Assembly: GCA_965645245.1 (NCBI GenBank)
Contig: OZ287067.1
Span: 2,170,001 to 2,234,000, forward strand
DNA length: 64,000 bases
Source: Massalongia carnosa
Taxonomy: Eukaryota
Reading direction: 5' to 3'
Shown here piece after piece: positions 1 to 12,735 of this stretch (positions are counted from its first letter, which is position 1; every line of letters begins with the position of its first letter). Position numbers and translations under genes: made by a program. Under the pieces are notes generated by a model. That model did no database searches. It worked only from the letters and a program-made list of their open reading frames with translations, and was not told the origin of the DNA.

Positions 1-558
1 CATATCCTTTAACCTAAAGCCTGATTAAGTTAGAGCGAAAATCTGCCACGTGATTAGAAAGCAGCGTTAGCTTAAGTCAAGTTACCTAAACTATTTACAC
101 ACAAAAAGAAGATTATCTCGTTATGGTTGACGGACTACAAAGGAATGGAAAATCGAATGATTGCGGAGGATTGATAGCTATCTACCTAGTTGCTTCGATA
201 ACCGGATGGCCGAATGGGTCAGATGGTCGAATAGCGGAATGAGTGAGTGACCGAATGCGTACTTTGGGGGGGAACACATGATCGGATAGGCTTTGTTCAG
301 GTCTGGGGACAGTGATAAAAGGGGAGCAGATCTGATGGAATCATTCCGCTTGTGATGGTTGTTTTTCTGCATTTGACTTTTGGTTGTTTGAATTGGTGGG
401 GGGCCCTTTGCTGGGGTCATTTCGAAACCTTTACCTTAGAAGTGTCCTTCGGGTTGCTTGGTTCGACGCAGAGAGGGGACAAAAGGAAAAGAAGTATGAA
501 AGACTTTGGGCTTTCATTGAAACTTTGTCTGTCTAACCTGTTATATTTTTGGAGACAA

Positions 559-1420
559 CTATGCCCCCCCTCCGCCCAAACCGCTGGCCTGGCGCCCCAA
601 TTGCCCCCAAAACTCCTCTCTCTCTCTCAGCAGCTCCGTGCACCAAGCTTTCACTTCCGGCAGCCGAATCCGCTTCACTACCCCAGTGAACTCCCCCAGG
701 TCGAGTCTTCCCTCGTGGCTCCGCTCATATTCCATCATCTGCAGCACCAGCTCGATCTTGTCCACATCGTGTACGAACACTGCCTCCAGCGTTTGCGAAT
801 CCTCATACTCCTGCCACACTTCGCGGATGCCCTGCCCTTGCTCGAACCCCCCACTCGACCGGCCCAGTAGCGTTCCGGTCAGGAAATCCATAGTTTCGGA
901 TTCCCGGCTGTGCTTCTCGGCTACAGGAACGCCGTCAACGGGTGTAATGTCGCCGACAAGAGCCTCTGCCATGTCGTGCACGAGAGCCATTTTCATGCAA
1001 CGGGAGAGGCTTAAGCGGGAAGATAGGGAGGGCGGGGCTAGCATGGTAATTATGGACATGCGGTACATATGGTCTGAGATTGATTCCCCGGCGGAGATGC
1101 CGAAGCGGCGCCATCCCTCTCGTTTGGTTGTTTTGAGCCGTTCAATAAGATGTAGGAAAGGGAGTGTGGAGGTGGGGTTTTTAGGGGGGGGGAAGGGTAG
1201 GGAGGCGAGTACTATGATTGTTTGTCAGCCTATTGAGTGGAGACAACTGTTTCATGGGTGTCGAAAATGAAATGGGGGAGTAGAGTTCAGTACCTGTTTT
1301 CAGCGACCATGGATCTATGTTTGCCGATACTACAGCAGGTGGTGTAGATGAAGCTGCTTCATTAGACTGCGTATTGGACACATGCAATGAATCAGTTGTA
1401 TTTGATGGTGGATGTGACAT
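559..1420 (-). CDS. HD-domain 5'-deoxynucleotidase (HDDC2/YBR242W-YGK1 family), 2 exons
   Basis: Exon 1 1420-1294, intron 1293-1212 (GTACTG...GCTGAC...TAG), then FLHLIERLKTTKREGWRRFGI...ESISDHMYRM...MALVHDMAEALVGDITP...VHDVDKIELVLQMMEYE, the family motifs. Confidence 0.92.
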
Positions 1421-1937
1421 CTGCAGGATGTTTTTGAGGATATTTAACCTGTAGTGACTGAGAATGGAGACGGTGAGGCAGGGTATGGGGGTTAAATTGA
1501 TCTTATTATTTGCGTTTGCTCAATTTGGTCAGTACAGTTAGTGGTAGCCCGGATTTAGAACAAAGAAACGCTCGTGGAAATGAATGTTTGCTAATCTAGA
1601 GACACGCAATGTACTCTATATGCGCGTATCCCTGTGTTATCCACTACAAGAGTACCTTATCCTCGTCTATCGATAGGGATATTCTATAAGCGCTTATCCG
1701 TGTATCATTAGCCGCCGTGCCGCCGTATTTGTTTCACACTAGTCGCTCGGTCTAAATACGTCAAGGTAATCTATAACCTCCGTATCTGCTCTGTACGGAG
1801 TACGGAGTATAGAGTACGGAAAAAAAATGCGCAAACCTTCAATTGTAGTTCTTATGCCCCTGAATCTTGCTTAAAATCTCCTCCTTTGCAACAGAATCTC
1901 GAGCATCCCATGATGCGTCTGATTGTTGATTGCCAGC

Positions 1938-4191
1938 ATGACCAAACCAGATGTACCTGCATTGTCAATCTATTCCAAGTCGCAAGCTTCAATTTTCGTC
2001 ACAAACCTGCGACTTCTAGACTTGGATAAATGCCCTGACTGGCCACTGATTACGCCTCAAATCTTCTCAATTAAAGATGCCCAAAAGAACCAGAAGAACC
2101 GGATCCAATGCATTGAATGGGCGCTGTACCGCCTATTTGAAATGTGGGATCCTGAAGAGACCCGAAATGTTAGTCTTCTTTGCATCTACGGGATAGACCG
2201 CTAAGTTGATGTAGAAACTCCAGCCGTTTTTCCCTCCGCTACTGCCTCTTCAATCCATCAACCTTCGGGCTGCAATCTTTAGGTGTTTGAATGAGCTGAA
2301 GAAAGATGGGATTCTGCGCAGAGATGTTTCGATCAGGAAAACAATGCTTGACGAATGCAAAGGGGAGAAATTTGAAGAGGCTATAGCCGCGTTCTCAACA
2401 ACTGTATTACACAAGGTCTTGGCTGCTGATCAGGCTACCAAACCAAGCGTCGCAAGACAATTAGTGCTAGCACACGATCTCTCTGCTGAAGAGCAACGGT
2501 CCCTTTTGCCATTGGCGATAGCACATCGTGTCTCTTTGACGCGGGTTCTTCAGAAAAAGGCGTATTTACGAGCAAGATACCGAGAGTTTCAACGTCTTCT
2601 GGACGACAAAGAGCATGAGCTGCGGGGAAGGGCAGATGATCTGCAGCGTGTTAGCGAAAACAATGATGAAAAAAGTAATTCAGGTGGACAAATAGATGAG
2701 GTAAAAAACCATATTTTCACCCACTGGCAAGGGGATCCCAGGTGGATAGAGGTTATACTTGGCGAAGGAGATAAACCACATGACCCACTTCTTGATTTAC
2801 CATTCCCCAAGGTCTGGGCAAACGTTACTCATGGTGCCGCTGAAAATGTTGTTCATCGTCAACCAGGACTTCTTCAAGGGCTAGAGAGGAGAGTTAAAGA
2901 GCAGGAAGAGAGACTGCAGAAATGGAAAAAGTTCAGGGAAGACTTGGCGGTAACAACAATATCCACCGCTAAAGGGGGGGATTCAAGCAATAATCCAAAG
3001 CCTGCTCAAGGCTTGGATCTAGACTTCACCAGGCACAGCAACCTTATTCTAGGAAAAATTAGGCTTCAAGACCTACCCCCGGATCGCGAGTCTGTTTCTA
3101 ATATTGTGGTCGAGTACGAAAGACTCGTGAAGACCATGCGTGGAGAGCTTGCATACATTGACGAGGCAATGCAACGCCCGCGTGATGGACCTGGGCAATT
3201 ACAGGATTCACAACGAATCACTACAGAGGCCTATGGGTTGCTATCAGTCGCCCCGGTGTCGTCTGTTGGGTTTCAGGTAGGCAAAATATCGGAAGGATTA
3301 GTAGTGGCGAATGCGGATACTATGAACGCACCAACAAAGCTTCTCACTCGTTCCAAATTACCCCGATTGCCAACCCTAGCTAATAAAAGTATTCGAAATA
3401 TAAACAATGGCCAAGCAACCAGTTCTACCGTATCGATTGCTATGCCTAAATTAGAAGTAAACCAGAAAAGCCAATTATCAGTTCAAGGTCATTTACTCAA
3501 GGCAGACCTCAAATCAAAACAACCGATATCGATTCCCGAGACCGTCGAACCTGATATTGACGAAGAGGAAAATCTTGCGCAAGCGATAATCTTCTCGGCT
3601 ATGAACGCTCCATCCCCCATCAATCCTAAGCTATCCTTATCGGAACGTGCACGAAAGTCAATGGCTTTAGTGAGCGCAGAAGAGACCCGGGCAACAATGC
3701 AGCCGCCTCCCCCATCCCCGTCGCGGAAACCCCAACCCCTAGACATTCCAGCATCATTCTCCCCGGAAACCACTCTCAACCGTCGCGAAACCCTCCTCGA
3801 ACGCACTCGGCAATCCATGTCCCTCCTGCCGCCCAAACCTCGCATACCGCCCGCCCCAGACAAGCGCCGATCTTCCAAAATCTACCCCGCCAACCAGTTT
3901 GGCACGCCGGAGAAATCTGGTCGCCTCTCGATGACGGGACCCACACACTCAACCCCGCCGGAAACGCTCTTCGGCCACGACGCCAACTACGCTAGTGTGT
4001 TTAAAAGCCGGCCCAAAATTGCAATGAGCCCAACCCTGTCGCCTATGCCCGACGGCGCCGCTCCGGACGGCTTGGACGATGTGGTGGAGGAACATTTAGG
4101 AGAAGGGGGCGTGGAATTTGACGGTGAGCACCAGCATGATGCTGGAAGTTCGCCGTTAGCTAGAGTAAGGAGCGCGGTAGGGCGGTTCTAG
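1938..4191 (+). CDS. HAUS6: Augmin (HAUS) complex subunit 6-like protein, 2 exons
   Basis: FVTNLRLLDLD..DWP...IQCIEWALYRLF..WDPEETRN, intron 2169-2214, KLQPFFPPL..LQSINLRAA...IRKTMLDECKGEKFEE match the fungal HAUS6_N region; long disordered C-terminus. Confidence 0.85.
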
Positions 4192-5346
4192 CGCCTTTTT
4201 TCCTTCTTGATACCAGCGGTTCTATTGATACCCCATGATACATGTCTATCGCTATCCTTCTTTCTCCCCATCATTCACCTCCGATCTGTTTGGGGTTCTC
4301 GTAAAGATCCTGCAACGATAGGTCTTTTATACATATATACATAAAAAAGCCGGGAATGAACCTTTTTAGCCTAATGATAACTACCAGCCTTTTCATAACA
4401 CCAGGTGCGGTGCAGTGCAGGAAGGTCTCTCCCGTCAGAAATAAGCACGACGATTCCCATGGATAGGTTATTAGGCTACCTATGTACACTCTCCACCGTC
4501 TCCAACCTCCTAGGTTATGTGCTCATGCATTTGCTTACCCCTTATTCACAAGTTTTCCGATTTTTATGATTTCACTTGCATTTCGGGCTCGCAAAACGTG
4601 TTTGAATTCCGATTTAAATTGATGCTTGCTTTTGCTGCTGCTACCTATGTACATACATACATACGTACATACATACGGAGTATATTTCTCCTTTTCTCAA
4701 AAGACGAACCCCCCCCAGGGCCCGGGTAACGATCGGGCGCTGACTATTCCGAAAACGCAAAGAGGTCGTTCCCGCGAGGAACTAAGTGGTTATTATCAGA
4801 TATCGTCTTGGAGAAACAGGGTTTCCATCCAGTTACTCGATTTAATTCATTCCCCTGGCCGTCATCGAGACTTAATGGCTACTATCGCTTCTGGCATCAG
4901 AGATTGCGTGCTTGTCTCTCTCTCTCTACCTACCTACCTACCTACCTACCTGACCTTTCTGGTACCTTGATGGATGGATAGATGAACCGGAGCAAGGGGG
5001 GAAGGGGCGCGGTGTTTCATTTTATTTTTATTTTTCTGCAGTGATTTCAGGGCAGGGAAGGGTAATTCCCGGGGGAGTTGGAGGAGAAAGGAAGTATTGG
5101 AAATTGGAGTATTCCGATGAGGACGTTATGCGGTGTTAAAGGTTGCAGGGAGCCATCTAGCGTTCTTTGTAGATAAAGCGCGAGATGGACTTGGAGACGG
5201 AGAGAGATCCGAAATGAGGTATCGCTGTGATGATGATGGAGAACCATTCAGATAACTGAATCCTTTATGTCTTTGTTGTAGGCTCGATGGAGTTGCGTTG
5301 AAGAAAAGGAAACCTAATCGTGTATGCTCGGGTCCGGATGTGCTCT

Positions 5347-6130
5347 CTATTCACCACGCCCCCGTTGGATTTGGTGAATCGGCATGCATCCCCGTGCAGT
5401 CCACATCTGAGCACCAGGTTAGGGGCCAGCAGAAACGCTATGTATTTGCACGAATTAGAACTCACGATGTCGTACGGGGGAGGCGCAGGAGAGTCGTCCG
5501 CCGAAGCACAGCACCAGACTCCACTGGGAGAAAAGCAACCTGTGGCGAAATCCCCTGCACGAACAGCATATTTAGCAATCCAGAACATTTTGTGTCAAGA
5601 CCGATGAGCTCGCTTTTACTACCGGTTCCAGCGTTCGATGTTAGGGGGGGTGAGATGAACGAAAACGTACAGGGCCAAGCGTCCACAAGTTTCCAGCCGA
5701 ACTTATATTCCTCGTCAAGCATAATTTGCTCGGGCTTACCCGAGTCGCACATGACTAGAGCTTGGAAGAAAAAGATATCTGGTGGGCAGATGTGGTAGTT
5801 ATAATCGAGGGGATATAAGTTCTCGAAGTCGCGCATCCGAGGTACTGTGATAGCGGGCAATTTGGGCGTGGCCGGCTTGGGCGGCTTGGACTGCCCAGCT
5901 AGCGGATCTTCGAGCTCTTCGGAGTTTGGAGATGGGCACCAGATGAGAGGGTTACGTGCTTGTAAGCCCGTGGTCGGATCGATGTTGTTTGAACTGCATT
6001 CGTCGCTCGGTTGCGCTTTGGCATCCCACAAATCTAGATTCGGCTCAGTATCTCGAACCTTCAATTTTGTAAAGCACTCTACGGTCGTCAGGAAGATCGA
6101 GACAATACACAAGAAAACAGATGCCTGCAT
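5347..6130 (-). CDS. Small secreted cysteine-rich protein (WCC motif), 3 exons; candidate effector
   Basis: Signal-peptide-like MQASVFLCIVSIFLTTVEC; intron GTACGT...GCTAAA...CAG (phase 1, in AWP|W) and intron GTGAGT...CCTAAC...CAG (phase 0) give ...WDFATGCFSPSGVWCCASADD...DI|MWTARGCMPIHQIQRGRGE*. Confidence 0.7.
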
Positions 6131-8543
6131 GCTGACGGTGTTTGCCTGTAATTGTTAGTTGATAGTTTTTTGTTTGAAAGAAGAGCAGATTGAGGTTTCT
6201 TGTAGAGTTGCTGTCCCGTCCATGATTCTTCCCGTTGATCGGGCGGGAAGCATCTAGGTCTGCGATCTGAAACCGGCGCAGCTGACAGGGAGGCACGCAA
6301 GGCACTTTTTTAACGAGGGCATGATGAGGAACCTTAGTCCGAAGACATTGAGAAAAAGAGTCAAAACGACTATAACTAGAAAATGAATCGATAACGAAAC
6401 CGAGTAGTTGAAGACTAAAACGCTCTTGACTTATAGATTTTCTTGAATTGCATTACAAGTATTTTTTTTAGAAAACATACTTTGTAAAACGACAAAGCTT
6501 TTCAGGTCGCCCAAATCGGAAGCCGACTGATGGAAGGGAAAACGCGTTAAAGATGCCGGATCAGACCGGTAATAAAAGAGGACGCTTGACTGAATGGCTA
6601 ACGAAGTTCAACGCAAAGGGCGAGGCGCTGAACAAGAGAGAGACGACAACACATCATGGCGACGTCGGTGGGAAACGAATCCGTGGATTCTTTGTCAAGA
6701 GTGCCATCCCGAATTCTAAATCTGCGTCCTGCGCATTGTGGTTACATTTTGAAAGTAAGGTGATGACACACAGAGTTCGTGTACTCCGTACCCTGCACCA
6801 AACCCCAGCTCTTGTTCCACCTCCCGTCCTGTAAGATTGGTCAGTTTCGGATAGCCATCGCCGGCAAGTTGATCTTCAATCAGCCTCAGAGGTACCCTGT
6901 CCTTTCACTGAAGACTTCATCTCGCGCCGCGAGAAAGCCAAGTTGGGCGTGATTGACGAGAGCGAGGAATAATTCTGAAGGGGATATACGCATTCTTTCT
7001 CAGATGCCGTCCGACTGCAGGTGTAGATGAAGAAAATTTCAGTCTTCGGCTTGGGGTGGAGGGTATGCTCCCACCTTTTCTCGGTATTACCGGTTCCTTG
7101 GCCTGCATGACTAGCGCATTGATCTTTCAGACGATAATGGACAGGTTTCCAATCATGTACCTATCGATCTATTGGACGAAGCCCGCTCATTAGAGCACAG
7201 CAAGTACCGGCAAAGCCGACCACGCACGCGTGCGTAGGTAAGGTAGGTAGATAGATATCCAAACGTATCATGCCAGCAACAGGACAAGAACCATATGTCA
7301 CTTTGGAAACTATGACCAAGCCAGCTGGCACGAGCTACCCGCTAGCTGTATCTGCCGTTTAGCATAGTATTTCTGGGATTTTGGGGTTTGTTTGTTCCGT
7401 CCTTCATCATTTCTCCAGATGTCTCACATCCATCCATAGTACATTCTTCTGAGGCTTTTTGCCCTGATGATCAGTTGAGATGATTTACGTCTTGACCAGA
7501 TGAGGTGAAATGAATGGCATTGATCTATAGATGATTTTCTAGCTAGGTATGCCGCCAGGGGATAGATCAATAGATGTCTCCGAAGGAAGAAAGAATGTGG
7601 GGGATGAAGAATTTTTACCTGTGCCGCGGTGGCAATGTCATGTGACGGGCATGTGACGGGCCCGTTGACCAATGTTGGTTAATGCCAGTATAGCTGACAT
7701 TTGACAATTCTTTTGCCAACCCCTTCTTTCTCCAGCTACCTACGATGAGGCCTAGTCATATCCTGTATCTTAGTCCTGAATAGGTAGCCAGCCTTCCTCG
7801 GTGAACTTTTCAAATCCTTCCTTTTCTCTTACCAAGTCCTACACTTTTATTCTCAGTTCACTTGGCTCGCCTCAAATTCATCTCTTTCCCCTTCTCAATT
7901 CATCGCCATGCATGTAAAACTCAACGGAAAGGTTATCGGGAGTTGAAATCTTGTCCTCGAAAAGGACTTTTTTGGTACATTATCATTTGAGAGAAAGTGG
8001 ACATGGAAGCAAAAGACGTAACATTGAGTAAGAAGAGAGGCAGGTATGTCCAAGGGAAAAGTAAAAACTAGGATCTTGACATGGAAACCTCCCTCTTAGG
8101 AAACAAAGAATAGAAGCCTGCACACGAAAAGAGAAGTATAAGCGATCTCAATGAGATTGTAAATAAATAGGGTATGCAAAGGAAAGTGGAAAGACCAGAG
8201 AATGGATTGCGTTCACTGATGGTGGCAGTATTTCCCCTCATCGTCGTCGAGATGGCTTTTTTGGGAAAGGATAAAGGGGACCCAAGGCCACCTATAAATC
8301 AATTTCATTACATTTGTGGCTCATGAGATTTATATATGATCAAACAACCCCAGCTCCTCTCCGCCCTTTCGCTTCCGAGCCAAAATGATTGCTCGTTTCT
8401 CCAAGCTCCTCACCGGCCGCGATCAATGTGTATGATCAGGTACTAATTTCCCCTTCCTTTCGCACTCCCTTGCTAGGGATAAAGTAGCTAAAATTTCGGT
8501 TTACCCCAAAAAGCTTCTTCGTGCAAAAGCCAGAATTTACCAG

Positions 8544-10399
8544 TTAAAGACTGGCTTTGCCCAAGGGCTCAAAAGGCAGAATGGTGGCTAAGATGCCCGC
8601 GCCAAGGAAGAGTGCGCCGCTAACGTACACGGGGGCTGAGGTCGCGAGTTTGCTGTAGATGGCGATGATTGGTGCCATGATGCCGAAGATGCGGTTCGCG
8701 GACGCAGTGATGGCATTGCCGGTACCGCGATCTTTGGTGGGGAAGACTATTTTGGTATTTGTTAGATTATTAAATAAGGCTGGCTACGTCATGCGGAGAC
8801 TCAGGCAGGAAAGGGGCGAATTTAAGGGAGATTCGAACCTTCCGGTGTGTAAGCGTAGAGCACGGCGTACATGATGTTCGACATGAAATTGAAACCGCAG
8901 TTCCAGCCGAGCAGCGAGTTCGACGTTAAAGCCGTTGTTGATGCAAAGAGAAACACGCCTGTCAACACCGTGGAGAGGGCCAAGGCTCCTTTTCGACCGA
9001 ATCTGGGGACCTCGACTAATACTCCACCGATCAGGGCACCGGGAATGCCCATCGCGGCGATGATCAGCTGATTTCGATAGACGATGGATGTGGAGCTTTT
9101 TCAACTTGTTAGCAGGTTAGATTTCCCGTGGGATAAAAAACAGAGCGTCTGGAGCTTACCTATCGCCAAAGTGCGCGCCTCGCGTGGCTTGGATATATGG
9201 CAAGAATGCGTTGTACAGGGGAAATGCCAGGCCAATAAAGGCCCAGATCAGCGTGATCAACGACGTCGAATATGCGATTTTCTTGGTCGCAAAGAGCGCA
9301 TGTACGTGTGCGAGATTGACTTTTTCCAGTTTCCGAGCCAGTGCAGCAGCGACATCTGTTTCTTGGTGACCCGACTGATCCAGCGCTTGCAAATCCGCTA
9401 GGGTGAGGCTCGACGTCTTCCCGTTCCTCCTTGCCACCTCATGGACAACCTTGACGGCTTCTGCGTCTTTCCCACGGCCCATAAGGTATTTGGGCGATTC
9501 GTATAGCGTGAAGAATACGAATCGGCAGACGAACATAAGCATTGCAATACAACCCATAGCAATCATAAAGTAGCGCCAGCCAAAATTTTTCGATCTCGTG
9601 CATGTCTTATCATTAACTGAACATGTGCGATAGCCCAATAAGGGCCAAGCGATGAAAGTGGCTAGTAGCTGAGCAGCAGCCCAGAAGATGCTCAGTATCG
9701 TTAAGAGATATTGATGGGTTCCTGGCAAAAATTCTAGGAAGACCGCACTATCTGATTGCACCCTATCAGCGTCTCGTCAAGTCGCTGAAGTAAACATGAT
9801 ACAAGGCCACGCAGGAGCTTGACCATGGGTACCTTCGCCTGTCGTGACTTACCAACGGGCAAGTTCCCTCCCACTCCAAAACTCCACAAGGCCGCGAAAG
9901 CGCCAATCGCCGCGAAATTCGGCGAGCCTGCAGCGATGAGACCGAAAACCGAAGTAACGCCCAGTGTTAAGTTAAAGGCAAGTCGTCGGCCAAATAAATC
10001 ACAACCAAAACCCCAAAATATGGCACCGAATAGCAATCCAATGTTCTGCGCCAGCGACAGCAGAGGAGGTTTCGACGCGTTGAACTCGAGGGACACCGGT
10101 TTTAGAATGAGCGAGGTGATCACGGGCCAAAGATTATCTGACGCCCAGCCGAATCCTACGACGACGAACAGTTGCCATTGGTACCAGCCCATGCCAATTT
10201 CTTGAATGGCAGCATTCAAGAGATGTGCTTTGGCTTCATAGACCGGGTCTGTTGCGCCCTTCAGCACAGCTGGTGGTGCTCCATCATCCACGGCCAAGTT
10301 CGGCGAGTCTAAGACTACACCAGTCTCCTTGTATCCGCTCATATCTCCGTCGTAAGAGTTTAAGAGACTCTGAAGCTCAATAGAATCACGAAAAGGCAT
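8544..10399 (-). CDS. MFS transporter (sugar transporter/SV2-like family), multi-exon
   Basis: IGMGWYQWQLFVVVGFGWASDNLW, FWGFGCDLFGRRLAFNLTL, GVGGNLPV|DSAVFLEFLP, ESPKYLM, FGRKGAL, YAYTPE..FPTKDRGTGNA; ends GKASL*. Start could be the downstream Met (MSGYKET). Confidence 0.9.
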
Positions 10400-11051
10400 G
10401 AATTATGCGGCGGTAGCTCAGTTTATAGTTTGGACTGCAGGTAAGCATGCTAGGTCGAACAGCATGTTTCGTTAGCCTGACCATTGAGACTGCAGGCTTA
10501 TTACAGGCTGGTGGGGGATGGTGTGACAGTTTAGGGCGACAGCGTATTCATTCTGTACAGAGTACGAAGTACTCTTCTCTATAGTTGCAGAGGAGTGAGC
10601 CTGAAAAGCCATGGATTGCGCGATCGTAACGGCGGCACAGCGGCCATGACGTTATCTCGGTGGATAGTCGTAGTAGAAGCAAAGGGCCCAATGATTGTTC
10701 ATAACCTTTGACTTTGTTTTTTCTCCGTGCCGAGATCCAGGACTAGCCCTGAACCTTTTCTTTTCCTTTTCTTATTTCTTCAACGCAATTTACGTAATTT
10801 ACGTTGTAAACAATAATCTGAACTACATTTTTCAATTCAATAAATTATCAATCAGATAATAATTAGATAGTTTTCAATATTCGATTCGAACATTAAAATT
10901 TAGCTTCTAACAGCGTCAGCTTCGGAACGACGAAAAATCCTAGTGTCCGCGTTAATGACCGGAAGTCAATGACATAAACCGTTTCTTCCTTTTTCCTCAG
11001 GGGGAAGGTTCACGTGATATAGCTAGTTATTGACGAATTAAGGCAATATCC

Positions 11052-11340
11052 GATACTTTGTACGGATACCGTACAAGGTATCCACTGTAATAAACCCGCC
11101 GTACCCGGGTATTTTATCAGCATACCCGTACCACATTCGTGTAATTCTTACTCTTAGTAACAGCTAAAATATCAAAAAATTTTAGATTTTATATTTTAAA
11201 TGAAGAATATAAAATTTTTATCATGAAATTTTCAAAGATTTTGAAAATTTATTCCTAGAAATACCAAGTATTACCCGGATACTCGAAAATTGATACCCGT
11301 ACCGGATATTTACCCAGGTACAGGTATGTACAGAGTTGGT
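11052..11340. repeat. Hairpin plus clustered TACCCG motifs around an AT-rich core; possible DNA-transposon/MITE relic
   Basis: 14-bp stem with 1 mismatch (GATACTTTGTACGG/CCGTACAAGGTATC, 11052-11082); TACCCG(G/T) recurs on both sides of an AT-rich core at about 11160-11260. Confidence 0.35.
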
Positions 11341-11632
11341 TATACCTGGGGGCGTAGGCATCTACAGAGATACAATGTGCAGCAGTACTGTAACCTATTT
11401 AAGGAAAAACGGAAACGGCATGAGTCTGACATCATAGGTATGTACAAAATATATACAGAGTATATGAATCAAGTTTTCATGATTAAAAGCGCGTTGTCTT
11501 TGCAATCACGTTATCCCTCTTTCACTACCCCTTACGCTGTTTGACCGAGGCTACGGGCTTCAACTTCCCGCAAGCTTTTCAATTCATGTTCCAGGGCAAT
11601 ATGTCAGGAACATGTGGTCCAATCGTCGGCCT

Positions 11633-12219
11633 TCAAAGCTTTGAAGTGGCTAGTGGATCTATGTTTACCGTTCCATGCTCGCAAGTAGCGACTACAGCCC
11701 CATCTCTTAGTCTCCTCATAACACCTCGCAGTTGAGCTATCATAACCCTGATGAGTTAGTTTGGCTCTTTATTTCCTCGGATGCATGAAGCACGAGTATG
11801 CGGGGGAAGCAAATTCCCTGCTCACCCAATCTCCTCCCAACCTTGATCACTTCTGCCTCAATCTCCACTGTCTCCCCCTCCTTGACGTTTTCTAGATACA
11901 CGCAATCTAGCGTTCTACTTACCCCTCCAGAGTCCCACCACCCTTCCCATCGGATCAGCTCCAATGATATGCTGGTGCAAATGTCGAATATCAGCGCAAT
12001 TGCACCGCCATGTAAAACTTTCGAACGGTTGCAAAGCGAATAGGTGACGGGCAACCGGAAGGTGACTCGCGGGGTAGGAGTAAAGGTGGCCGAGACAAGA
12101 GAAAGGGCGCGGACGACGGGTGCGCTATGGCTCGGATTGTCTGGTTCCAGTGGAAGAGACGCCACATAGTTCTTCATTACATCGAGGGGATCTCGCGTCT
12201 CGGACACCGGGGGTGCCAT
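11633..12219 (-). CDS. PaaI/hotdog-fold thioesterase (ACOT13-like), 2 exons
   Basis: [43 protein letters not shown], intron GTGAGC...ACTAAC...[37 protein letters not shown]. Confidence 0.9.
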
Positions 12220-12735
12220 CTCGTGGGAAATTGAGATGGTGGTAAGTATGGTTGACTGAGAGCTGGGTTGAAGAAGATTTATATTCTACAACTTCGAGCG
12301 AACTGGCTGACACAGAATAGTAATTCAGTCCGTCCAAGTCGTAGACTTAACGCTTGGGCACAGTTTATGATTACTATTGTCAACCGGATCAGGGGTAAAG
12401 ATTGTGATCCTACTGGTCAGCATGAGAACAGCCAGTCAGTCATCAGTCTGCTGGTTGCATTGTGCTTCGTAATATATAGTAATCTCAAAAGCAGACGTCT
12501 CACAGAGCACTCTGTACTCTGTACTTCGTGCGAAGCAGCATATCTGTGCAGTTCGTCCAATCAGAGCTTCCTCGATTTGGCCGAATCGCGAAAGGGAAGG
12601 GCTTAGTTTCATAATCAGCCCACTGGTCGTAGGGACAACAGAGATTTAATCACGTGAGCATAGAAATAAACAACCATTGAGATTTCGTTCAGCCAAAGCT
12701 TCTTTGACATCCATTGCAAACTCTTTCAAACAAAC

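Noticed and set aside
4718..4915. Complex-sequence island between simple repeats considered as a structured ncRNA (snRNA, RNase P/MRP)
   Set aside because: No diagnostic motif recognised on either strand; needs an Rfam/Infernal search.
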